Under the pieces are notes generated by a model that searched no databases, was not told where the DNA came from, and saw nothing but the letters and a program-made list of their open reading frames with translations. A stretch of 56,217 bases of DNA. Source: Candidatus Paceibacter sp. (GTDB lineage Bacteria > Patescibacteriota > Minisyncoccia > UBA6257 > 02-FULL-45-10c). Positions 16,632-24,768 of the stretch are shown piece by piece. The stretch is from positions 1-56,217 of the forward strand of contig DYGE01000001.1 in assembly GCA_020724845.1 (NCBI GenBank), written 5' to 3'. A program made the translations under genes and the position numbers. How positions within the stretch are numbered: the first letter of the stretch is position 1; each line of letters opens with the position of its first letter.

Positions 16632-16961
16632 CTATTTTAGCCGATACGTAACTGCATTGCCTATTTTTCCGACCTGCTCCACTTTGCCTTCTTTTTCCAA
16701 CTCGTCTAAATACCTTACAACGGTTCGACTGGATACTCCGAGTGCCTTACGGATGTCGGAGTTAGAGATTTCCGGCTTTTCTTGCAGCATAGCAAGTATC
16801 CCTTGTTTGTGCGTCTCTTTTTGTGCCGCTGTTTCAACGGCTGATTTACAAATTCCAGTAAGCTCTTCTGTCGCGCTCGTGCCATGCTTCTGCGCCTCTC
16901 GCCAAGCAATTAAAAGTAGGGCAAGTAGCGTGATAGCAAAAAATGCAAAAAATGTGGTCAT
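16632..16961 (-). CDS. Membrane-anchored winged-helix DNA-binding protein
   Basis: N-terminal TM helix (FFAFFAITLLALLLIAW), then an HTH-like segment ISNSDIRKALGVSSRTVVRYLDELEKEGKV. Confidence 0.65.
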   Translation of the reverse strand: MTTFFAFFAITLLALLLIAWREAQKHGTSATEELTGICKSAVETAAQKETHKQGILAMLQEKPEISNSDIRKALGVSSRTVVRYLDELEKEGKVEQVGKIGNAVTYRLK

Positions 16962-16993
16962 GGGGTTATTAATGGTTGCTAGAAAGGCAAGTT

Positions 16994-17725
16994 TTATTTT
17001 TTATTCATTGAGATCGTCACCGCCCCCTCATTTTGTAAAATTTCGTTGGCTATTTTAATCCGTTCTACATATTGACTAGGACTTTTTTCGATCATGTTCC
17101 TCATAAAATTTAACTGAGCTAATAGCCCCCAAAGAATAGCCTGGATAAGCCTTGATTGGCTTATCAATTTAACATTTCTATTCAGATTCTCAAATTTTTC
17201 TTCAATGGAATCGATCTGCTCTTTACTTCCATTAAACCAGCCCACCTGCATATTGTTCGTCTGCTCAGAACTAGGCAGGCCATAAAAGTGTAATAGCGCA
17301 CATCGTAATTTCCATGCTAAATCGGCATTACACCTAATTTCGCCCTTATGAGATTTATAAATTTCGTTCTTATCAGTAAATACGAAATTTTCTAACCAAG
17401 ACCTAAATCTTTGAGAAATATCTGAATCTAATTGCGATATTTCAGCCCCCTTTAAAATCCAAAATGTTCTAGAAAATGTATCGGCACATATAAAAGCCAT
17501 ACATAGTTGACTCTTAATAAGCGGAGGGCTATTTTTCCCTAAAACTTTTATGGATTCACTGATGTCATCATGAATCTTTCTAAGATTATCTAAAAATTGT
17601 CTTTCTATTATTTCAAATTTATTTTTTCCTTCTTGATTTTGGAATCCCAAAGGCTTATTCCCCATTTGGCTATTCATACAAATTAAAACTCTATGCTTGC
17701 TATCAGATTTTCGAGATTTTACCAA
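16994..17725 (-). CDS. Hypothetical protein (243 aa) with an Rx4H motif; last gene of the island
   Basis: TTG start in the ORF track (the alternatives ATG 17677 and 17665 give MNSQMGNK / MGNK). Contains AWKLRCALLHFYG (R-x4-H). Starts 18 nt after the res stop. Very AT-rich. Confidence 0.6.
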   Translation of the reverse strand: MVKSRKSDSKHRVLICMNSQMGNKPLGFQNQEGKNKFEIIERQFLDNLRKIHDDISESIKVLGKNSPPLIKSQLCMAFICADTFSRTFWILKGAEISQLDSDISQRFRSWLENFVFTDKNEIYKSHKGEIRCNADLAWKLRCALLHFYGLPSSEQTNNMQVGWFNGSKEQIDSIEEKFENLNRNVKLISQSRLIQAILWGLLAQLNFMRNMIEKSPSQYVERIKIANEILQNEGAVTISMNKK

Positions 17726-17743
17726 AAAGCAATTATCCCAGAG

Positions 17744-20035
17744 TTACGACCTTGATATTCTTTCAACTACTTCGTCTAAATTATTCTTATCTACTAATTC
17801 AAATTGATATTTATCGCCGGCTAATTCTGCCCATTTTTTACCGATAGCCTCCTTATATTGTGTATCCTCTGCTCCTTTTAGATGACTACCCTTATATTCA
17901 AGTACAAAATAATTTCCTTTTTTGGTTTTAACAATAAAATCTGGGTAAAATTTATTTTTGAACCAACCTTGTATAGAGAAACCGCTAAATTCGGGATTCC
18001 TAAACCACCAAGCCAAGTTATCTAGTCCATCTAATTGATAGGCAAAATCAGATTCCTCCTTATTCATTTTGGATGCCCTCTCATACAAATGCTTTGAAAA
18101 CTTGTTTGGAAAAACATTTAGCAGGGTTATTTCGTTACTAAAAACAAAGCCCTCGCCAGAAGCTTTAATTAGCTTTTTACTAACCAATTCATCAAATTTA
18201 TTTCTCGTAACTTTATCTGTTATTTCATCAATTTTTTTATCTATAGCCTCCTTAACCTGATATCTATGAGCGCTTAGTTTGCTTAACTTATTCTCTTTCA
18301 AAAGAAAATCTACCGCTCTTTCTAAATAAGAACTCATCTCGTCTATCGAAATGAAGCCCCGCTGAACTTTAATTCTTAGCCAATTTAGTAAATCATCTTT
18401 TGAAAAATCGTCGTAATGATAAATAAGATTTAATTTACCAGCAGAATCTCTTAACAATTTCCCCTCGTGACCAATATCTATTTTTTCAACCATATTGTAA
18501 TCCACCACATGAAAATCAATTTCTGCACTTTGATTTTTCAAAATAGAGTCATCACCGATTAAATCACTCACATAATCAAGCTTTCTTAAAGTGTTTCCGT
18601 CTTTAATATTTATAAATGGTAATTCTATTTTTTCGTCAGGAATTACTTTTTTAAACTCTTCAGCCTGCACGGATACTCCGCCACTTACCGGAATAATATC
18701 TTCATAGCCATTATCTTTTAAGCCTTTTATGACCATTTCCGATGCCTGATTGAAATTTCTTGTAGTTGCGAAAATATAAGCAGAATTCAAATCTTGATCT
18801 GCTTTTTCTTGCGCATTAGGCAAGCGCATAATACGGCCTATCGTCTGTTCAACTGATAGACGAGCACCTAAGTTAGAAACAGAAACCAAAACGTAAGCAA
18901 AGGGACAATCCCAGCCCTCACGCAATGCATTAACAGTTATGATGTAACGAATTGGACATTTGCGTTTTGAAAGTTCTTCTAAAGATGGCAAAGTATCGGT
19001 TTTACTTGTTTTAATAGCAATCTGCTCGGCTGGAACTTTAGTCTCTTCAGTTAAGAATTTGTGGATTTTATCAACATAAATTTTTTGGGTATTTTCTTTT
19101 TCTTGTTCTGCCTGCAAAAGCATAATGGGGCGAATATACTCATCCTTAACTTTTTTTGCTTTTTTATCTAAATCGTTTAATTTAGTAATACCGGCATGAA
19201 TAGTTTCTTGCCAAGGAGTTTTATTCTCTAGATATATCGGCATCTTAATCATCTTTTCTTCCTTCAACTCTTTAGCAGAAATATTAATCAGAACATTGCT
19301 TTGTCCCTTAGGTGTAGCAGTGAATTCCAAAACAAAGCACGGATTTAATCCCTTAAGCATGTCAAAAGAAAGTTCGGTTTGAATATTATGTCCTTCGTCA
19401 ACAATAATTAATGGATTATGCAGCCTAATTACATTTGAAAGCGAGTACTTAATTTCGCCATCTTTGTCTTTATCAAGAAAACCAAAATCTTTGTTATCCA
19501 GCCCTTCAAAATGACCCATTAAAGAACCATTGTCTTGATATACCTTAAGCCACTCCTTATTATTCCTCCTAAAAGCGCTTAATGTTGAAACAACGACACA
19601 CAGATTATTCTCCAAATCATCTCTTTTTATTGCCTTTGCTTCCGATAAGTCAAAAACTTGGATCGCATTATTAAATTTTTGATCTAAAAGAGATCGATAA
19701 TGATGCTTGCGATTTTTTAAATTATTTAAAGTTTGTGTTCGTATCGCGTCTGAAGGGACAAACCACATAACTAACCCCTTACCATTCCTTTCGCCTAAGT
19801 ATTTTTCAAAAACAATATCTATCGAATGCGTTGCAATAAGAGTTTTGCCTCCTCCGGTGGGGACCTTGATACAGATAAAAGGATTGCTTCCTAATTCAGG
19901 GGCCCAATTATATTGCTTATCCGATTTAATCATAAAAGCAACGCCGGCTGCTTTTTCTGGTTCATATTTACCTATTTCTAGAATATAATCTCTTAAACTA
20001 TCTAGAACTTTTTGTTGGTACTTTTTGAGTTGCAT
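17744..20035 (-). CDS. res: Type III restriction enzyme Res-like subunit (SF2 helicase plus PD-(D/E)xK nuclease)
   Basis: Start trimmed to ATG 20035 (MQLKKYQQKVLDSL). Helicase motifs VPTGGGKT, IIVDEGHN, FTATP and QTIGRIMR. C-terminal nuclease motif FYPDFIV...FVLEYKG. Confidence 0.88.
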   Translation of the reverse strand: MQLKKYQQKVLDSLRDYILEIGKYEPEKAAGVAFMIKSDKQYNWAPELGSNPFICIKVPTGGGKTLIATHSIDIVFEKYLGERNGKGLVMWFVPSDAIRTQTLNNLKNRKHHYRSLLDQKFNNAIQVFDLSEAKAIKRDDLENNLCVVVSTLSAFRRNNKEWLKVYQDNGSLMGHFEGLDNKDFGFLDKDKDGEIKYSLSNVIRLHNPLIIVDEGHNIQTELSFDMLKGLNPCFVLEFTATPKGQSNVLINISAKELKEEKMIKMPIYLENKTPWQETIHAGITKLNDLDKKAKKVKDEYIRPIMLLQAEQEKENTQKIYVDKIHKFLTEETKVPAEQIAIKTSKTDTLPSLEELSKRKCPIRYIITVNALREGWDCPFAYVLVSVSNLGARLSVEQTIGRIMRLPNAQEKADQDLNSAYIFATTRNFNQASEMVIKGLKDNGYEDIIPVSGGVSVQAEEFKKVIPDEKIELPFINIKDGNTLRKLDYVSDLIGDDSILKNQSAEIDFHVVDYNMVEKIDIGHEGKLLRDSAGKLNLIYHYDDFSKDDLLNWLRIKVQRGFISIDEMSSYLERAVDFLLKENKLSKLSAHRYQVKEAIDKKIDEITDKVTRNKFDELVSKKLIKASGEGFVFSNEITLLNVFPNKFSKHLYERASKMNKEESDFAYQLDGLDNLAWWFRNPEFSGFSIQGWFKNKFYPDFIVKTKKGNYFVLEYKGSHLKGAEDTQYKEAIGKKWAELAGDKYQFELVDKNNLDEVVERISRS

Positions 20036-20105
20036 AAATATTGACTGTGGATAACTATTTGCTATACTAATAATACCTGCCCGTGGACACGGGTTTACGA
20101 TCCGC

Positions 20106-20130
20106 AAAACCTGGCTAACTGCCAGGTTTT
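20106..20130 (-). terminator. Terminator-like hairpin at the 3' end of the NYN gene
   Basis: 10-bp perfect stem AAAACCTGGC / GCCAGGTTTT with loop TAACT. The NYN stop codon lies in the loop. Read on the minus strand, the stem ends in TTTT. Confidence 0.5.
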
Positions 20131-20783
20131 TGCTTTTTAATCCTGGTAATATACCTTTTAACTTTTTGTACGTTAATAATACTATCAGCAACAGTTTTCC
20201 ATTGGTGAACTATGTGGCCTCCCTTTATCAAAACTACCTTTTTGCCTTTACTTTTTAAAAACCTGGCCAAATGGACAAAATCAGCATCGCTTGAAAGTAA
20301 GCAAAAGGTGTCATATCCTTCAATCAATTTCACAGCATCTACCGCTATTTCAACATCAAAGTTACACTTTGGAATAAAAACATACGGACCGTCAGTGTCT
20401 TTATATATTTCTCTTGTATTTATTTCCACCTCTTCATCAGTAAGATGGTGTCTGACTTTTTGTATCTGCTTTGTAAAAACTCTATGTTTGCCAAATATAT
20501 CCCGAGCCACACGAATAAACCCTAAAGATCCTGAGTTTTGTCTATCGTGGCCATAGTAAAAGCGAACATCTCCCGAGAAGAGATAAAGAAAATTATTAAG
20601 GGCTTCCAAATTGATCTCCAGCTTCTCATCACTCTGAAGCTTGTTATTATCCGCATCTTGTCGATCTTCTTCAAACCAATTGTTGACATTGCCAAAATCT
20701 ATAAAAGAAAAGATGCGCGCGTATTCTTCCGTTATCCCAAGTTCTTGTTTTATGTATTGTTTTTTAAATTCTTGTAAATCCAT
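20115..20783 (-). CDS. NYN/LabA-like (PIN-fold) nuclease domain protein
   Basis: NYN-type motifs FIDFGNV, KCNFDVEIAVDA and CLLSSDADFVHLARFLKSKGKKVVLI. It lies 3 nt after mod and 79 nt before res. Confidence 0.8.
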   Translation of the reverse strand: MDLQEFKKQYIKQELGITEEYARIFSFIDFGNVNNWFEEDRQDADNNKLQSDEKLEINLEALNNFLYLFSGDVRFYYGHDRQNSGSLGFIRVARDIFGKHRVFTKQIQKVRHHLTDEEVEINTREIYKDTDGPYVFIPKCNFDVEIAVDAVKLIEGYDTFCLLSSDADFVHLARFLKSKGKKVVLIKGGHIVHQWKTVADSIINVQKVKRYITRIKKQKPGS

Positions 20784-20786
20784 AAT

Positions 20787-22382
20787 TTAATAAACCTTTA
20801 TCTGGTAAGGAATTTGTTTAAACACGATATTATATTTCTCTAAAATATCGTCACCAAGCAAGCATTTATCTGCATAAACTACCTTTCTGTCGCCTTTATT
20901 TTTAAGTTCCTTTAAGGACTTTCTATCAAGAATGTTTTTCCCAATACCATTAAAGAGTAGATAGTAATGTATTTCATTATACTCACCCAAATAATTCCCT
21001 TTAATATTCTTTTTTTCTAAATTAGTATGTGTTTCGGTAAAATAGACATAACTTGCCAACTCATTAAAATTAATTTTTTCATTAATTGAGCCATCGCTTC
21101 CAAAAAGTGGATCTCCTAATTCTACATACTCAAAACCACCGCCGAGACCTTCAACTTTTTCGGTTTTTCCATTTGGTTTTTTATAAGAATACCCCCCTGC
21201 AACCCTTTTAACTCTTTCTGCGGTAATCTTTTTCGCAATATCTTTTTCTAATTCAACTAAAATGAATTTTCTATTTCCACCATCTTCTTTATTCAAATCT
21301 AAAACAGCATGAGCAGTTGTACCTGATCCAGCAAAAGAATCAAGAATGAAATCATCTTTTTCGGAGATCATTTTAATAAGATGCTTTATTAACTCAACGG
21401 GTTTTGGCGTCTCAAAAGAAATAACTCCTCTTTTGTATTCATTAGAAAAAATCTGTTCATTAAGTAATTTTCTTGCAGATTTGTTACTTCCCTGCTCTAG
21501 TAACAAATTCAAAAATAATGTATTTCTTTCTCCTTCTTCTGTGGTTGGCGCGTAGTTTTTCTTATAAACCATCCAATTGCCATTTTCTTTCACAAATTCG
21601 ATTAAACCCTGGTTAAGATTATCCCGGAAAGTACTTTCACCAATAACCCAGCGAACCCCTTTTGGGGGATAAAAGACGCTCCCATCTGGACATTTTACCC
21701 CATATAACATTGTTTTCCTTTCATACTCTCCTCTATTCGTCTTAAACGGCTTTACCCGTTTATAAAAGCCAAATTCATCTTTAAATGGATAATCGTCATC
21801 TGCCAAAATTTGCCTATTAAACTTAGTATTTTCTTTTTTATAGCACAAGACATGCTCTGTAATTGTTCCAATTTCTTTTTCTGTATTACTTGCACCGCCC
21901 TTCTTTTTCCAAACAAGATGGGCAACAAACTTTTTATCAAATATGTCATCCAGTAATAGTCTTAAATTAGCAAGTTCATTATCATCAATCGAAATAAAAA
22001 TAACACCATCTTCCCTTAAAAGATCGCGCAAAAGTTTCAGTCGCGGATACATCATACAAAGCCACTTATCATGACGAGTTAAATCCTCGCCCTCCGGACC
22101 AACAACTTTACCTAGCCACTCCTTAATTTTAGGTGCATTAACTTTGTCATTATATGCCCATCCCTCATTACCAGTATTGTACGGAGGATCAATATAAATG
22201 CATTTTACCTTCCCGTAATAAAAAGGCATTAACGCCTTTAATGCCTCTAAATTATCTCCCTCCACAATTAAATTTTCGCTCTTGCCAAGCGAAAATTTTT
22301 GATTCTTCTTTAAAAGTCGGAACGGGACTTCCTTATCGTGATTTACAATTTTCTCTTTTCCGATCCAATTTAATGAGGGCAT
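20787..22382 (-). CDS. mod: Type III-like DNA methyltransferase (Mod; beta-class N6A/N4C amino-MTase)
   Basis: MPSLNWIGKEK N-terminus. Motif IV CIYIDPPYNTG precedes motif I SFAGSGTTAHAV. Confidence 0.9.
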   Translation of the reverse strand: MPSLNWIGKEKIVNHDKEVPFRLLKKNQKFSLGKSENLIVEGDNLEALKALMPFYYGKVKCIYIDPPYNTGNEGWAYNDKVNAPKIKEWLGKVVGPEGEDLTRHDKWLCMMYPRLKLLRDLLREDGVIFISIDDNELANLRLLLDDIFDKKFVAHLVWKKKGGASNTEKEIGTITEHVLCYKKENTKFNRQILADDDYPFKDEFGFYKRVKPFKTNRGEYERKTMLYGVKCPDGSVFYPPKGVRWVIGESTFRDNLNQGLIEFVKENGNWMVYKKNYAPTTEEGERNTLFLNLLLEQGSNKSARKLLNEQIFSNEYKRGVISFETPKPVELIKHLIKMISEKDDFILDSFAGSGTTAHAVLDLNKEDGGNRKFILVELEKDIAKKITAERVKRVAGGYSYKKPNGKTEKVEGLGGGFEYVELGDPLFGSDGSINEKINFNELASYVYFTETHTNLEKKNIKGNYLGEYNEIHYYLLFNGIGKNILDRKSLKELKNKGDRKVVYADKCLLGDDILEKYNIVFKQIPYQIKVY

Positions 22383-22383
22383 G

Positions 22384-23112
22384 CTACTTTGGTAACTTTT
22401 TTTTAGGAGCCCAAAAACTTTTATCTTTTGTTCTTAAATTTCTTTCTACCTCCAACACTTCTCGAAAAGTAAATTTTCTGCGTTCTGGATAGTAAGTAGG
22501 GACCCAGCGAGACTCTTGAGTAAGCCATTGCCCAAATATAGAAGTCCCTCGTTGATAATTTATATAACCACTAAGCACAAAGCCCGCCAACATAGAACAT
22601 GTCCCTCGTGCTTCTATACCCTCATAAAGAGTGCTTTGCTGCCTTAAAGCCCAGTCATTTGTAAGAATGGCCACTGACGAATACTGAGATGTAAGTTCTC
22701 GTGATAGCTTCATGACGCTACGGTCTTCACGGCTCATACTCTGCCACTGGGATGAAGTTTCCCACAAAGTTGAGTGACTCGGTTCGGTTCCTGAATCTGA
22801 CACTGAAAGCCGCAATCCCAAGTTGGCATTAGTGGTAACACTAAAATATCCCGCATCTGAAAGATAAACTTCGTCGTAGCCCTGTTCACCAACAAATTGT
22901 ATAGGTTCTGCAAAAAGCGAAACTCCAGAAGCATATTCTAACGTTGAAAATTCGTGACGCGCCTGATTACTTAAGTGACAATCCACTCCCCCTATGTCGT
23001 TGAAAAATTCTTCAAATTTTTCTGGAGAGATACCACCCTCTTTAACAGCAAAAAGCCAAGGGTGAACTCCCGAAGAATCAATGATGAGCGCCTTTTTAGA
23101 AAACTCCTTCAT
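22384..23112 (-). CDS. Hypothetical protein (242 aa) with weak PIN-like signatures
   Basis: ALIIDSSGV near the N-terminus and VAILTNDWAL about 140 aa later. The stop is 1 nt from the mod start, and the start is 6 nt after the protease stop. Confidence 0.62.
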   Translation of the reverse strand: MKEFSKKALIIDSSGVHPWLFAVKEGGISPEKFEEFFNDIGGVDCHLSNQARHEFSTLEYASGVSLFAEPIQFVGEQGYDEVYLSDAGYFSVTTNANLGLRLSVSDSGTEPSHSTLWETSSQWQSMSREDRSVMKLSRELTSQYSSVAILTNDWALRQQSTLYEGIEARGTCSMLAGFVLSGYINYQRGTSIFGQWLTQESRWVPTYYPERRKFTFREVLEVERNLRTKDKSFWAPKKKLPK

Positions 23113-23118
23113 AATATT

Positions 23119-24144
23119 TTACTTCCACCCCTGACCTACGACTCTCCAAACGACTTGATCTTGAGGAACCTGAATCGGCCCTTGTGGAGTCTGCTGGGCT
23201 ACATTAATTTGTTGCCTTCTAAATTCAATTGAAAGTTCAAATTTATTAGAAAGTTGCCAGCTCTCAATAAAAGCAATTTTGTAATCCTTTTTAGTTTGCG
23301 CAGTGCCTAAACCTAATTCATTTTCAGGATTCCATAACACACCCAAATCCATTTCTTTTTTATACTCCTCATATAGATCGGTCATTAATTTAGATAAATT
23401 CTCATCCGCAAAACGAACAGTTTTAAGGCCCAAATCTTCTTTGGCTTCTTTTCTGCCAATGAAATACTGGTGCGAATAAAGCTTTTCGGTGAAATAATCA
23501 ACAACCTTTTCTACTTCATCTTCTTTCATTGGAGATTTATGACTTTTCAAAAGTCTTTTCGCGAGCATGCGAATTAAATTGTGAATACGATTAACATTAC
23601 CAAGGGCCAATGGATGAACCTGCGGATTTGACTCAACAAATTTCCCAAATATTTTAGAAAGCTCCGCGTCATTTTTAATTCCGAACTTATTTTTCGCCAA
23701 ATCAAAATACGCCATTACATCCTCCACCGAAATCGGAATTCGATTCTGCGGATTTTTCGGGTCTGCGGGGTTAAAAACATTGGCGGTAGAAGGATCGATC
23801 GGAGATAGTTCTGAAAGATCGCTCATTACAATTTCGTCGGCTCCAAGCGCAATCATAGTTGCAGAGCTATGAGCTTTATAAGGAACTATAACTGAAAATT
23901 TATCGCAATATTCACGAATCATAGAAACGAGCCGCCACGGCACCATCGTATCCCCGCCAGTGCTATATAAAAATAAATCAATATTTTCAGTTTTGCCGAT
24001 CGTCTGAAGCTGTTTACTGATTATCGGAATAATGTCCATCGCCACCCTCGCATTAACCGGTCCCTGCCTATCACTAGTAAAATAAGTGATGACTCGCGAT
24101 TTTCGTGATTCCTCTATTTGTTTTATAAGAGAATTCTTGTCCAT
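23119..24144 (-). CDS. SDH-family (ClpP/SppA-fold) serine protease
   Basis: VITYFTSDRQG, DLFLYSTGGD, YKAHSSATMIALGADEIVM and LSPIDPS match the 'serine dehydrogenase proteinase' Clp-fold family pattern as I recall it. Confidence 0.78.
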   Translation of the reverse strand: MDKNSLIKQIEESRKSRVITYFTSDRQGPVNARVAMDIIPIISKQLQTIGKTENIDLFLYSTGGDTMVPWRLVSMIREYCDKFSVIVPYKAHSSATMIALGADEIVMSDLSELSPIDPSTANVFNPADPKNPQNRIPISVEDVMAYFDLAKNKFGIKNDAELSKIFGKFVESNPQVHPLALGNVNRIHNLIRMLAKRLLKSHKSPMKEDEVEKVVDYFTEKLYSHQYFIGRKEAKEDLGLKTVRFADENLSKLMTDLYEEYKKEMDLGVLWNPENELGLGTAQTKKDYKIAFIESWQLSNKFELSIEFRRQQINVAQQTPQGPIQVPQDQVVWRVVGQGWK

Positions 24145-24151
24145 AGATTAT

Positions 24152-24180
24152 ATTTTACAAAAAATTAATTTAAATTTCAA
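24152..24180 (-). promoter_or_regulatory. Possible promoter for the island operon (would give a leaderless mRNA)
   Basis: Minus strand: TTGAAA (24180..24175), 17 nt, TAAAAT (24157..24152), then 7 nt before ATG 24144, with no SD. The context is AT-rich, so chance matches are likely. Confidence 0.3.
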
Positions 24181-24186
24181 TAAAAA

Positions 24187-24441
24187 TTATTTATAAACTC
24201 CCTGGCGATGGCCGACGTCAATAACTATTATGACTAATTCTTTTTTGAAGATAGTATAAATGATCCGATAAGGCCAAACGGCAATGGAATACTGGCCTTT
24301 CTTTTTACCCGTTAGCCCCTTGCCTTGGTAGGGATCAATGGTTAAAGAGTCCAGGGCACTCGTTATCCTTGCCCGATAATTTTCGGGTATTTTATCGAGA
24401 CTTTTTCTTGCTTGCGGTTTTATAATGAGAGCGTACGCCAT
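24187..24441 (-). CDS. RelE/ParE-family type II toxin
   Basis: 84 aa. MAYALIIKPQARKSLDKIP...ARITSALDSL...GKGLTGKKKGQYSIAVWPYRIIYTI...VIIVIDVGHRQGVY is the typical RelE/ParE layout. It lies downstream of an antitoxin gene. Confidence 0.85.
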   Translation of the reverse strand: MAYALIIKPQARKSLDKIPENYRARITSALDSLTIDPYQGKGLTGKKKGQYSIAVWPYRIIYTIFKKELVIIVIDVGHRQGVYK

Positions 24442-24760
24442 ATTTTGTTTTCGGTTTTTCTGCTACCCTATCCGCCATACCCCAACTGCGCTTTAGGTCA
24501 TATAAAGTGGGCCACTTTCTCCATTCGCCCCTTTTCATAGCCCGCTTCACATTAGCAATATCCTTATCAAGATTAGGAAAAATCCTTTCTACTTCTAAAG
24601 TTTCTACCATAGATTCATACTCTTCCGCGGACAAAATAACAGCCTTTGGTCGGCCTTTTTCGGTAAGAGTGTAATGTCGCCCCGCTTTTTGGACATCATC
24701 GCTAATCTTAAATATTTTTTTCCTTGCTTCGGAAATAGGCAACGTGGTCTTTGTATCCAT
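24392..24760 (-). CDS. Phd/YefM-family type II antitoxin
   Basis: TLPISEARKKIFKISDDVQKAGRHYTLTEKGRPKAVILSAEEYESMVETLE is a canonical Phd/YefM N-domain. It overlaps the toxin ORF by 50 nt. Confidence 0.85.
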   Translation of the reverse strand: MDTKTTLPISEARKKIFKISDDVQKAGRHYTLTEKGRPKAVILSAEEYESMVETLEVERIFPNLDKDIANVKRAMKRGEWRKWPTLYDLKRSWGMADRVAEKPKTKYGVRSHYKTASKKKSR

Positions 24761-24768
24761 ATATGTAC

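Noticed and set aside
16531-16632. 34-codon N-terminal extension of ychF in the ORF track
   Set aside because: YchF proteins begin a few residues before the GxxGxPNVGKS P-loop. The extension reads through the 26-bp palindrome and abuts the upstream gene's stop.
20076-20100. tRNA-like T-arm impression (GGGTTTACGATCC)
   Set aside because: The flanks cannot form a T-stem, acceptor stem or anticodon arm. I found no GTTCGAATC-type loop anywhere in the window by eye, so I call no tRNA. tRNAscan-SE or Infernal should confirm this.
20036-20191. 52-codon N-terminal extension of the res ORF, overlapping the NYN gene by 77 nt
   Set aside because: The extension runs through the terminator-like hairpin and the NYN C-terminus. 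MQLKKYQQKVLDSL at 20035 is a typical start for this helicase family.
16962-24186. Search for mobile-element hallmarks around the AT-rich island (integrase, transposase, flanking direct repeats, tRNA target)
   Set aside because: I recognised none. The island is flagged on composition and gene content only, so I do not call it a mobile element.
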